Below are positions 38,000-46,387 of a stretch of DNA of 64,000 nucleotides, one piece after another; position 1 is the stretch's first letter, and the number at the start of each line of letters is the position of its first letter. The position numbers were made by a program, and so were the translations under genes. The notes beneath the pieces were generated by a model. It ran no database searches, was not told the origin of the DNA, and worked only from the letters and a program-made list of their open reading frames with translations. Source of the DNA: Candidatus Binatus sp. (GTDB taxonomy: Bacteria > Desulfobacterota > Binatia > Binatales > Binataceae); the NCBI RefSeq assembly GCF_050013435.1, contig NZ_JBEKFG010000010.1, positions 8,316 through 72,315 of the forward strand, given 5' to 3'.

Positions 38000-39027
38000 A
38001 AGTGTCGGTCGTGATTCCCACCTATAACGACGAAGGCACGATTGCGGCCACGGTGGAGAGCGCGCTGGCGCAGCGGTTCGACGGAGCGTTCGAGGTGATC
38101 GTCGTCAATGACGGATCGACCGACGGCACGCGCGGGATACTGGCAAAATTCGGCGATCGGATCCGGGTGATCGATCAAAAGAACTCGGGCGTGTCGGCGG
38201 CGCGCAACGCCGGTATCAGAGCGGCGTCGGGCGAATATATCGCGCTGCTGGACGGCGACGATGCCTTTACCGAGGACAAGCTTCAGAAGACGGTGCCGGT
38301 GCTCGATGAAAATCCGGCGTGCGTGGCGGTGGCTTCGAACGTGATCGGGGTGGACGGCGCGGGCAGGGTCGTTTCGTACCCGGTTACGCCGGAATTCCGG
38401 CATTCACCGACGCTCGACGAGATGCTCGATCGGCTGTGGGCGTACCTGCCCAGCGCGTGCGTCATCCGGCGCGAGACGCTGGTGGCGATCGGCGGCTTTT
38501 CGGAAGAATTCAAACCGGAACATTACGCCTGCGAGGACACTTTCATTATGCTGCTGGTGCGCGAGCGCGGTGAAATTCGGTACGTGCCCGAGACGCTGGT
38601 CCGGTACCGTTACCGGGAATTTCGCGAACATCTCGCCAACCGGCTGCGCAGCCGGCGCCTCGAGATCGATTCAGCGCAGGCATTTCGCGAGTTCGAGCGC
38701 CGCTACGAGGCAAACCTCATCCTTGCGCGATTGACGCTGGAGCATTTCGGCGCTCGCGGCCGTAAACTTGCAGCCTTGGCGATCGATAGCGTCGCACGCG
38801 AACTGATCGGAGTCGGGTTGATGGCGATGTACGAGGGCGATCGCACGCTTGCCCGGCGATGCTACCGCGCGTCGATTCGCTATAATCCGCGGATGCTGAA
38901 GACCTATTTCCGGCTGGGGTGGGCGATGCTGCCCGCCAAAGTTGCGGAAATGCTGTCGCCGATGCTTCCGCATGGGTTGCGGCGCAGCCTGTCAGGCCCG
39001 CCGGTTTTCGAGGAACGCCCGCAATGA
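37996..39027 (+). CDS. GT2-family glycosyltransferase, cassette a, with conserved C-terminal tail module
   Basis: MKVSVVIPTYNDEGTI..., DGSTDGT, DxD LDGDD, tail ...GLMAMYEGDRTLARRCYRASIRYNPRMLKTYFRLGWAML...LRRSLSGPPVFEERPQ. ATGA overlaps at both ends. Confidence 0.9.
   Translation: MKVSVVIPTYNDEGTIAATVESALAQRFDGAFEVIVVNDGSTDGTRGILAKFGDRIRVIDQKNSGVSAARNAGIRAASGEYIALLDGDDAFTEDKLQKTVPVLDENPACVAVASNVIGVDGAGRVVSYPVTPEFRHSPTLDEMLDRLWAYLPSACVIRRETLVAIGGFSEEFKPEHYACEDTFIMLLVRERGEIRYVPETLVRYRYREFREHLANRLRSRRLEIDSAQAFREFERRYEANLILARLTLEHFGARGRKLAALAIDSVARELIGVGLMAMYEGDRTLARRCYRASIRYNPRMLKTYFRLGWAMLPAKVAEMLSPMLPHGLRRSLSGPPVFEERPQ
38959..39027 (+). repeat. Junction element J1
   Basis: ccgatgcttccgcatgggttgcggcgcagcctgtcaggcccgccggttttcgaggaacgcccgcaATGA. 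Confidence 0.85.
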
Positions 39028-40055
39028 AAGTGTCGGTCGTGATTCCCACCTATAACGACGAAGGCACGATTGCGGCCACGGTGCATAGCGCGCTGGCGCA
39101 GAAGTTCGAGGGCGGGTTCGAGGTGATCGTCGTCAACGACGGCTCGACCGACGGCACGCGCGGGATACTGGCAAAATTCGGCGATCGGATCCGGATGATC
39201 GATCAAGAGAACCTGGGGGTGTCGGCGGCGCGCAACGCCGGTATCAGAGCGGCGTCGGGCGAATACATCGCGCCCTTGGACGGCGACGATACGTGGACGG
39301 AGGACAAGCTTCAGAAGACGGTGCCGGTGCTCGACAAAAATCCGGCGTGCGTGGCGGTGTATTCGAACGTGATCGTGCTGGACGGCGCGGGCAGCGAACT
39401 TTGGTGCTGTGTTCCACCCGAATTCCAGCATTCGCCGACGCTCGACGAGATGCTCGATCGGGTGTGGGTGTATCTGCCCAGCGCGACCGTCATCCGGCGG
39501 GATACGCTGCTGGCGATCGGCGGATACTCGGAGGAATTCGCGGCGGGACATTACGGCTTCGAGGACACTTTCATTATGCTGCTGGTGCGCGAGCGCGGCG
39601 GAATCATGTTCCTGCCTGAGACGCTGGCGCGGCGCCCGTTCAGGGAATTCGCCACAAAGTACGCCAACCGGCTGCGCAGCCGGCGCTTCGAGATCGATTC
39701 GGCGGAAGCATTCAGCGAGTTCGAGCGCCGATTCGAGGGGAGCACTGTCTTTGCACGACTGGTGCGCGAGCACTTCGGCGCTCGCGGCCGCAAAATTGCA
39801 AAGTCGGCGGTCCATGGCGCCGCGAGCGAGTTGGTCGGAGTCGGGTTGATGGCGATGCACGACGGCAATCGCGGGTTCGCGGGGCGATGCTACCGCGCAT
39901 CGATTCGCTACAGACCGCTGATGTTGAAGACCTATTGCCGGCTGGGATGGGCCATGCTTCCCGGCAAAGTTGCGCAGCGCCTCTCCCCGATGCTTTCGCC
40001 GGGGCTGCGGCGCAGCCTGACAGGTCCTCCGGTTTTGGAAGAACGTCCGCAATGA
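39024..40055 (+). CDS. GT2-family glycosyltransferase, cassette b
   Basis: Same head (MKVSVVIPTYNDEGTIAATV) and tail (...RRSLTGPPVLEERPQ) as cassette a. Identity by eye is ~75-80%. Confidence 0.9.
   Translation: MKVSVVIPTYNDEGTIAATVHSALAQKFEGGFEVIVVNDGSTDGTRGILAKFGDRIRMIDQENLGVSAARNAGIRAASGEYIAPLDGDDTWTEDKLQKTVPVLDKNPACVAVYSNVIVLDGAGSELWCCVPPEFQHSPTLDEMLDRVWVYLPSATVIRRDTLLAIGGYSEEFAAGHYGFEDTFIMLLVRERGGIMFLPETLARRPFREFATKYANRLRSRRFEIDSAEAFSEFERRFEGSTVFARLVREHFGARGRKIAKSAVHGAASELVGVGLMAMHDGNRGFAGRCYRASIRYRPLMLKTYCRLGWAMLPGKVAQRLSPMLSPGLRRSLTGPPVLEERPQ
39987..40055 (+). repeat. Junction element J2
   Basis: ccgatgctttcgccggggctgcggcgcagcctgacaggtcctccggttttggaagaacgtccgcaATGA. Confidence 0.85.
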
Positions 40056-41071
40056 AAGTGTCGGTCGTAATTCCCACCTATAACAACGAAGGCACAATTG
40101 CGGCCGCAGTGGAGAGCGCGCTGGCGCAGAAGTTCGAGGGCGGGTTCGAGGTGATCGTCGTCAACGACGGATCGACCGACGGCACCGCCGAGGTCCTGCG
40201 CGGCTTCGGCGATCGCATCAAGGTGGTCGCGCAGCCCAATCGCGGGTGCGCAGCCGCAAGAAACGCCGCGGTGCGAAACTCAGCAGGAAAATACCTGGCG
40301 TTCCTCGATGCCGACGACGAATGGCTGCCGGAAAAGCTCGCGAAGACCGTATCGACGCTCGAGGGCGACTCAAATTGCGGGCTGGCCTATTCGGACGCCG
40401 CGCTGGTGGATTCGCGCGGCGTGCCCAGGAATCATTCGTATATTGCCGCGGGGTATTCCCGCGAGCCTTCATTGGACGACCTGCTGCGTGAGTGGTGGTG
40501 GATCCTGCCGAGCACAGCAGTGATGCGCCACTCGATCTACGATCGCTGTGGCGGTTTTGCCGAAGAATTCGGGCCGCGCGACTACGGCGGCTCCGACGTC
40601 CTGATGTGGATACGGGCGCGAGACCGCGCGCCCTTCCACTTCATTCGCGAGCAGCTCGTCCGCTATCAGCTAGCCGATCCCGTGGCCCATCTCGCGAAGC
40701 GGATTCCAAACTTCCCTGGAGGACCGAACGACGGCGGACCAGACATCCGCGCTCGGTCGCTGGTCCATGGAGAGGAGATTCTTATTCGCCTGGTCCGCCG
40801 CGAGTATGGCCGCAGAGCGCGAGGCCTCATTAGCAATCACCGCACAAAACAGGCCGAGATGCTGACCGTCGCGGGGATGCTGGCGATCAATCAGGGCAAC
40901 GCGCGCTTTGCGCGCGACTGCTACCTCGAAGCGCTGAAGCGGCGACCGCTCCAGTTGAAGCTGCCGTTTCGACTGGCGTGGACCTTGGTCCCGTCCTCGC
41001 TCGCCCGTCCGATCGCAGCGGTGCTGCCGCGGAGGATTGCGCGCGCTCTGTGCGGTCCTCCAGCGATTTGA
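40052..41071 (+). CDS. GT2-family glycosyltransferase, cassette c (divergent paralogue)
   Basis: It has the same 5' head (MKVSVVIPTYNNEGTIAAAVESALAQKFEGGFEVIVVNDGSTDGT). The rest is much more diverged, and the tail is recognisable but decayed (...RLAWTLVPSSLARPIAAVLPRRIARALCGPPAI). Confidence 0.85.
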   Translation: MKVSVVIPTYNNEGTIAAAVESALAQKFEGGFEVIVVNDGSTDGTAEVLRGFGDRIKVVAQPNRGCAAARNAAVRNSAGKYLAFLDADDEWLPEKLAKTVSTLEGDSNCGLAYSDAALVDSRGVPRNHSYIAAGYSREPSLDDLLREWWWILPSTAVMRHSIYDRCGGFAEEFGPRDYGGSDVLMWIRARDRAPFHFIREQLVRYQLADPVAHLAKRIPNFPGGPNDGGPDIRARSLVHGEEILIRLVRREYGRRARGLISNHRTKQAEMLTVAGMLAINQGNARFARDCYLEALKRRPLQLKLPFRLAWTLVPSSLARPIAAVLPRRIARALCGPPAI

Positions 41072-41135
41072 GCGCGGTGTTATCCGCCACCGCCAGGTTG
41101 GTGGCACTTAGCAGCCTACTTGTGGATCAAACACG

Positions 41136-42401
41136 TTGAATCATTCAAACCGTTCAAACCCTGGTGGCTACCAAGCGGCAAATATGAGCAGGCAAATGGC
41201 TGGAGGCACGCTTGGGCCGGACGTTCCTAAACCCTTGCCTAAAGCCTTGCCTAAAATCGTGCAGAAGGCTGCGGAATACAATCTAACGGAACACTGCAAC
41301 CTGAGATGCGCAGGTTGCAGTCATAGCTCGGAGCTTTTGCCGAAGAAATTTGCCGAGGTGAAGGAATTTCAACGCGACTTAGCCGTGCTTTCGCAGGTGC
41401 TGCATCTTAATGAGTTGAGACTCTTAGGGGGCGAGCCCTTGTTGCACCCCGATTTGCTGGAGTATCTGCGATGTGCGCGCGCGAGCGGGCTTGCAGAAGA
41501 GATAACCTTGAGCACCAACGGCCTGCTCCTGCATCGCTGCGATCCGGCGACATTTGAGCTGATTGATCGGTTGCGGGTCAGCCTTTACCCCGGTGTCAGG
41601 CTCCGAGTTGAAGAGCGTGAGCTCGAATCCTTATCGAGAAGATATAACTTTAAGCTGGAGCTTAAAAGAGTTGACAGCTTCAGAGTTACCACGCTCAACA
41701 GCCGCCATCGGGATGCCAGCTTGGTGCGGCGAATCTTCAGGCAGTGCGCCTTGGCGCATGACTGGAGCTGCCACACAGTTCATCAAGGTTACTACTTCAA
41801 ATGTTCGCCGGCTCCTTTTCTGCAAGGCCGAATGGCGCTCAGAGGTGAGTCGGTCCTGAACCGCGATTTAGACGGGGTGAGGATTCATGACAACCCGCGA
41901 CTCAGAGAAGAGTTGGAAGCCTACTTGCGCGACGAGGAACCGCTCGAGGCGTGTTACTATTGTCTCGGCTCGTCCGGACGCAGGTTTCCTCATCGACAGT
42001 TGAATAGCAAAAAATTGCGCGAAGAGATTGACCGGAGCGGGAAACTGCGCGACCCACCGGCAGACCCGCAGCGGCACGTCAGAGGATACCATGCGTGGGC
42101 GCGGCTGATGCACGAGCGATTCGGCGCTCGCGCCCGCAGCCTTGCGGACTATGCAATCGATTCGATAGCGCACGAGCAAGTGGCCATGGGAATGATGGCG
42201 ATGCATGAAGGCGATCGCAGGTTCGCGCGGCGATGTTACCTGAGCTCGCTCCGCAACCGGCCGTTGAAGCTGAAGACCTACGTTAGGCTGGCGTGGGCGA
42301 CTGTGCCGGCGAGCGTCACGCAAATGCTGTCACCGATGCTCGCGCCGGGGCTGCGGCGCAGCCTGTCAGGTCCGCCGTTTTTGGAAGAACGTCCGCAATG
42401 A
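41136..42401 (+). CDS. Radical SAM enzyme carrying the GT2-cassette C-terminal tail module (chimeric architecture)
   Basis: CX3CX2C motif HCNLRCAGC (nt 41295-41318), GGEPLLHP, a later Cys pair CYYC. The last ~105 aa, FGARARSLADYAIDS...GMMAMHEGDRRFARRCYLSSLRNRPLKLKTYVRLAWATVP...LRRSLSGPPFLEERPQ, are homologous to the GT2 tails. TTG start at 41136; an ATG alternative lies ~50 nt downstream. Confidence 0.75.
   Translation: MNHSNRSNPGGYQAANMSRQMAGGTLGPDVPKPLPKALPKIVQKAAEYNLTEHCNLRCAGCSHSSELLPKKFAEVKEFQRDLAVLSQVLHLNELRLLGGEPLLHPDLLEYLRCARASGLAEEITLSTNGLLLHRCDPATFELIDRLRVSLYPGVRLRVEERELESLSRRYNFKLELKRVDSFRVTTLNSRHRDASLVRRIFRQCALAHDWSCHTVHQGYYFKCSPAPFLQGRMALRGESVLNRDLDGVRIHDNPRLREELEAYLRDEEPLEACYYCLGSSGRRFPHRQLNSKKLREEIDRSGKLRDPPADPQRHVRGYHAWARLMHERFGARARSLADYAIDSIAHEQVAMGMMAMHEGDRRFARRCYLSSLRNRPLKLKTYVRLAWATVPASVTQMLSPMLAPGLRRSLSGPPFLEERPQ
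42333..42401 (+). repeat. Junction element J4
   Basis: ccgatgctcgcgccggggctgcggcgcagcctgtcaggtccgccgtttttggaagaacgtccgcaATGA. Confidence 0.85.
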
Positions 42402-43435
42402 AAGTGTCGGTCGTGATTCCCACCTATAACAACGAAGGCACAATTGCGGCCACGGTGGAGAGCGCGCTGGCGCAGCGGTTCGAGGCCAAGTTCGAGGTGA
42501 TCGTCGTCAACGATGGATCGACCGACAGCACGCGCGGGATACTGGCAAAATTCGGCGATCGGATCCGCGTGATCGATCAAAAGAACTCGGGCGTGTCGGC
42601 GGCGCGCAACGCCGGCATCAGAGCGGCGTCGGGCGAATATATCGCGCTGCTGGACGGCGACGATACGTGGAATGAAGACAAGCTTCAGAAGACGGCGCCG
42701 GTGCTCGATGAAAATCCGGCGTGCGCGGCGGTATTCTCGGATGTGATGCAGGTGGACGGCGCGGGCAAGGAATATGGAACCTGGGTTTCACCCGAATTCC
42801 AGCATTCGCCGACGCTCGACGAGATGCTTGAGTGGCCGTGGCCGAACCTGCCCAGCGCGACCGTCATACGGCGGGAGACGATCATGGCGATCGGCGGTTT
42901 CTCGGAGGAATTCGGCCGTCGCGGATACGGCGGCGAAGACACGTTCGCGGCCCTGCTGGTGCGGGAGCGGGGCGAAATTCACTTCGTGCCGGATAAACTG
43001 GTGCGCTACCGGCTTTCGGACTTTAACGGGAATTTGGCCAAGCGGATCCGCTCGCGCGACAGCAACCAAAGCGGGATCGATCAGTTCGAAGAGCCGGAGC
43101 GGCTGAGCGACGGGCTTTTGATTTTTGCACGACTGGTGCGCGAGCATTTCGGCGCTCGCGGCCGCAAACTTGCAGAATGGGCGATCGATAAGCTCGCGAA
43201 CGAGCTGATCGCAGTCGGGATGACGGCGATGCACGAGGGCGATCGCACGCTTGCGCGGCGATGCTATCGCGCGTCGCTTCGCTACAGACCGCTGATGTTG
43301 AAGACTTATTTCCGGCTCGGGTGGGCCATGCTTCCCGCCAAAGTTGCGGGAATGCTGTCCCCGATGCTTCCGCCGCGGCTGCGGCGCAGCCTGTCAGGTC
43401 CGCCGTTCCATGGCTTGCCGGATCGCCCGCAATGA
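42398..43435 (+). CDS. GT2-family glycosyltransferase, cassette d
   Basis: Head MKVSVVIPTYNNEGTIAATVESALAQRF, LDGDD, tail ...LRRSLSGPPFHGLPDRPQ. Confidence 0.9.
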   Translation: MKVSVVIPTYNNEGTIAATVESALAQRFEAKFEVIVVNDGSTDSTRGILAKFGDRIRVIDQKNSGVSAARNAGIRAASGEYIALLDGDDTWNEDKLQKTAPVLDENPACAAVFSDVMQVDGAGKEYGTWVSPEFQHSPTLDEMLEWPWPNLPSATVIRRETIMAIGGFSEEFGRRGYGGEDTFAALLVRERGEIHFVPDKLVRYRLSDFNGNLAKRIRSRDSNQSGIDQFEEPERLSDGLLIFARLVREHFGARGRKLAEWAIDKLANELIAVGMTAMHEGDRTLARRCYRASLRYRPLMLKTYFRLGWAMLPAKVAGMLSPMLPPRLRRSLSGPPFHGLPDRPQ

Positions 43436-43466
43436 ATCGGAAATCATGAACATCCTGGAACGAGCC
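43361..43466 (+). repeat. Junction element J5 (long form)
   Basis: ccgatgcttccgccgcggctgcggcgcagcctgtcaggtccgccgttccatggcttgccggatcgcccgcaATGAatcggaaatcATGAacatcctggaacgagcc. Confidence 0.85.
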
Positions 43467-43549
43467 AGCGCTGCGCCTGAGATCAGAAACGGCGCATGGC
43501 TAACTCGACGCAGATGGGTCGATAAGTCGATATCAAGAGGAACGCGCTG

Positions 43550-44422
43550 ATGCCGCTTGCAGGGCGCATGCTTCGAGCAGTGCGATTGCACCGACCGGCG
43601 CTCTGGTGTTACTGGAGGTGCCGCCATGCAGGCGAGTATCTGCAGAGCCTGGGCGTAGCACGCGGGCTGATCGCTATGTTTGTACTGCGCACCCGTCCGG
43701 GAGCGTCCGGTCGCACGCTGGGACTACTGATTCCGGGTTCTCGAAGACCATTTTTCCTGCGAGGCGGAACCGCCGATGTCAGGGTGTTCCGGCAGATTTT
43801 TATGGAACGGCAATACGATGTGGAGGTCTCGCCCGAGCCGCGCCTCATAATCGATGCAGGCGCCCATATTGGGTGCGCGAGCGTGTTCTTTGCTTGCAGG
43901 TACCCGCAGGCCACCATCCTGGCAATAGAACCAGAGGCGGCCAACTTCGAGATGCTGCGCAGGAATGCCGCCCCTTACCGCAACATCGTGCCGATCCGCG
44001 CGGCCATATGGGGACGGCCTGACGTTCTTGCAATCGCAAATCCAAGCGATGAATCGTGGCGATTTCAGACTCGGCAAGCAACGGCAGCCGAGGTCGATAC
44101 CGTGGTCGGGATCACGATTGAGGAGCTGCTAAGATGGACGGGCGCACCCTTGATCGACATACTCAAGATCGACATCGAAGGGGCTGAAAAACAGCTGTTC
44201 TCCGCCCCGTGTGATCGTTGGCTCGGCCGGGTATGTGCGATGTTCGTCGAACTGCACGACCGTTTTGAGCCTGATTGCGGGGAGGCCCTTCGGCGGGCCA
44301 CGGCGCCCTACGGTTTCGTCGAATCGCAGCGGGGCGAAGACGTTATCCTGCGGCGCGACTGTACGATGGAGATCAACCGCCATCTCGAAGGGAGAGGCAA
44401 TGTTTGGGACGCCCCCATTTGA
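43550..44422 (+). CDS. FkbM-family methyltransferase
   Basis: IIDAGAHIGCASVFFACRYPQATILAIEPEAANFEMLRRN and IDILKIDIEGAEKQLF. Confidence 0.8.
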   Translation: MPLAGRMLRAVRLHRPALWCYWRCRHAGEYLQSLGVARGLIAMFVLRTRPGASGRTLGLLIPGSRRPFFLRGGTADVRVFRQIFMERQYDVEVSPEPRLIIDAGAHIGCASVFFACRYPQATILAIEPEAANFEMLRRNAAPYRNIVPIRAAIWGRPDVLAIANPSDESWRFQTRQATAAEVDTVVGITIEELLRWTGAPLIDILKIDIEGAEKQLFSAPCDRWLGRVCAMFVELHDRFEPDCGEALRRATAPYGFVESQRGEDVILRRDCTMEINRHLEGRGNVWDAPI

Positions 44423-44610
44423 TCCTCACCGACCATCGCCTCGCATACTACTATCGCCAGAACCTCATGATGTTTGCCTCCGACGAAGGCGCGGTAGCGC
44501 ATCCGCCTTGGCGGCGTACTCCGGGGCGCTTGAAACCCTCGGCCTCGAATGGGGCCACGCCCCGGTCCACGAGCTGGCTCTAAGTGACCGCGCGATTCTT
44601 TTGCGCGCGC

Positions 44611-44710
44611 CCGATGCTTTCGCCGCGGCTGCGGCGCAGCCTGTCAGGTTCACCGTTTTTGGAAGAACGTCCGCAATGAATCGGCAATCATGAACATCCT
44701 GGAACGAGCC
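44611..44710 (+). repeat. Junction element J6 (long form, lies outside any credible CDS)
   Basis: ccgatgctttcgccgcggctgcggcgcagcctgtcaggttcaccgtttttggaagaacgtccgcaATGAatcggcaatcATGAacatcctggaacgagcc. It begins ~190 nt after the FkbM stop at 44422. Confidence 0.85.
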
Positions 44711-44731
44711 CGTCTTCTACCCGGTTAACTC

Positions 44732-46387
44732 ATGACCAACGCCGTCGCCGCGTCTCACACGCCGGGTCTTCCCGGACGCGCCAATACCCAAAGCCGCGAG
44801 CCGCGTGGCGAGCTGATTCGATGGTTTTCGAAACCGGCGACTGCGCTTGCGCTCATCGTCGTGTCCGGCGCGGCGCTGCGAATCCTAAAAATCACCGACT
44901 ACAGCCTCTGGGGTGACGAGGGCTTCAGCGCCGCTATCGTGATGCAGCCGTGGCGCCCATTTTGGCTGTCGATACTTTACGAGCCATGGACCGCGTTTTA
45001 CTTCGTGCTCTTGAAACCCTGGACGCTCTGTTTTGGGACCGGCGAGGTGGCGCTGCGCTCGTTGTCGGTAGTGTTGGGCCTCGTGGCTATCGTGGCGATC
45101 TATTATCTCGGTGAGCGGCTCTTCAGCCGCCGGGCAGGATTGATCGCGGCCGCGATGACCGCCGTCAGCCCGGTGCAAATCTGGTATTCCCAGGAGGTGC
45201 GCGGCTATTCGCTCTATGTACTTCTGAGCGCCCTGTGCTGGCTCGCGTTTCTGGCGGCTCTTCACAATTCCCGGCCGCGAAATCTGAGCATATGGTCCGT
45301 GCTGATGGTGCTCATGGGTTATTGCCATTTTATTGGATTGGGCATTATCCCCGCGCAATGGGTCTGCATCGCGATTCGGCGTCCCGATTTATCCTCCGTC
45401 AAGCGCCTCGCTCTGGCGACCGCGGCCGCCGCAGTCGCTTTGGCGCTAATTCCGATTTTCATGGTGACGCTGAACTCCGGACAGGCAGGCTGGATTGCTC
45501 CGCTTTCATGGGCGGAGATCGCCGATGTTTTCGTGACAGTCTCAGGTGGGCTTCACGGCAATGCCGGTGCGATTTTCTGCCTGACTTATGTCCTGCTTCT
45601 GATCTGGGCCTTTCTCGGGTCATTTCAAAAGGGCAACGATCGGTCAGGATGGGAGAGTTGCGCATTTGCGTCAGCCGGATTTCTGGTTCCGATCATGGCA
45701 ACGATTGCGGGCGGGTTTTTCGTGCCGATGCTGATGGGGCGGTATCTCCTGCTTTGCTTTCCGCCTTTCGTAGTACTCGCCGCGCAAGGCCTTTTGACTG
45801 TTCGCCCGCGGAAGGCAGCGCTCATCGTGGTCGCCGCACTTGTCGCCTTGACCGCGTGGGAACTGCGCGACTCCTACAATTTAGAATCACGGGATGACTG
45901 GCGCAGCACGGCTCAATACGTGATGAGGCACGGCCAACCCGGCGACGCTGCGATTTTCGTCACTCCGGAGTGCCGCTACGCGTTCCAATATTACGCCGCA
46001 CGAGAACCAAACACTGCTGCCTTCCCCGTTATACTGGGCGAGAACCGCGACCTCGTGGACGGGATTCGAATCGTGACGAATCGGTTCCCGTCCTATACCA
46101 GCGGCGTGCTGGGGAAGGTCGGTTCACTCCCGAAGAGTTACCGTCGCATTTGGCTCATGAAGCCGGGCAGTATTGATCTCGATCCGCGCGACCCGAACAA
46201 ACGGGAATCCGTGCAGTTGGCTGCCGCGCTGGCGCACGAATACCGGACCCATCCTCCAGTCATCTTCAACGGAGTATCGGTGTGGCTCTACGACACGCCC
46301 GATGCTTCCGCCGCTGCTGCGGCGCAGCCTGTCAGGTCCGCCGTTCCACGGCTTGCCGCAGCGCCCACAATGAATCGGAAATCATGA
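44732..46387 (+). CDS. Polytopic membrane glycosyltransferase, GT-C fold (GT39/ArnT/PMT_2-like)
   Basis: About 12 predicted TM segments, a first-loop acidic motif YSLWGDEGFSA, and ...GEVALRSLSVVLGLVAIVAIYYLGERLFSRRAGLIAAAMTAVSPVQIWYSQEVRGYSLY. The C-terminus reads through junction J7 in a different frame (DASAAAAAQPVRSAVPRLAAAPTMNRKS). Confidence 0.7.
   Translation: MTNAVAASHTPGLPGRANTQSREPRGELIRWFSKPATALALIVVSGAALRILKITDYSLWGDEGFSAAIVMQPWRPFWLSILYEPWTAFYFVLLKPWTLCFGTGEVALRSLSVVLGLVAIVAIYYLGERLFSRRAGLIAAAMTAVSPVQIWYSQEVRGYSLYVLLSALCWLAFLAALHNSRPRNLSIWSVLMVLMGYCHFIGLGIIPAQWVCIAIRRPDLSSVKRLALATAAAAVALALIPIFMVTLNSGQAGWIAPLSWAEIADVFVTVSGGLHGNAGAIFCLTYVLLLIWAFLGSFQKGNDRSGWESCAFASAGFLVPIMATIAGGFFVPMLMGRYLLLCFPPFVVLAAQGLLTVRPRKAALIVVAALVALTAWELRDSYNLESRDDWRSTAQYVMRHGQPGDAAIFVTPECRYAFQYYAAREPNTAAFPVILGENRDLVDGIRIVTNRFPSYTSGVLGKVGSLPKSYRRIWLMKPGSIDLDPRDPNKRESVQLAAALAHEYRTHPPVIFNGVSVWLYDTPDASAAAAAQPVRSAVPRLAAAPTMNRKS

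Noticed and set aside
38904-40097. 397 aa minus-strand ORF spanning two GT2 cassettes; similar antisense ORFs at 33345..34436, 37597..38403, 46288..47184, 58210..59307, 60197..61015 and 61440..62462
   Set aside because: All lie antisense to genes with clear enzyme signatures and cross gene boundaries. They are high-GC shadow frames.
41020-41135. Possible terminator after GT2 cassette c (gccaccgccaggttggtggc)
   Set aside because: It has only a 6-bp stem, an 8-nt loop and no T-tract, which is too weak to call.
43446-43550. 34-codon ORF MNILERASAAPEIRNGAWLTRRRWVDKSISRGTR as a real small protein
   Set aside because: Its first 7 codons belong to the junction repeat, and the rest has no counterpart in the other copies. 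It is more likely a by-product of the junction or a coupling ORF, and I report it only as part of the relay observation.
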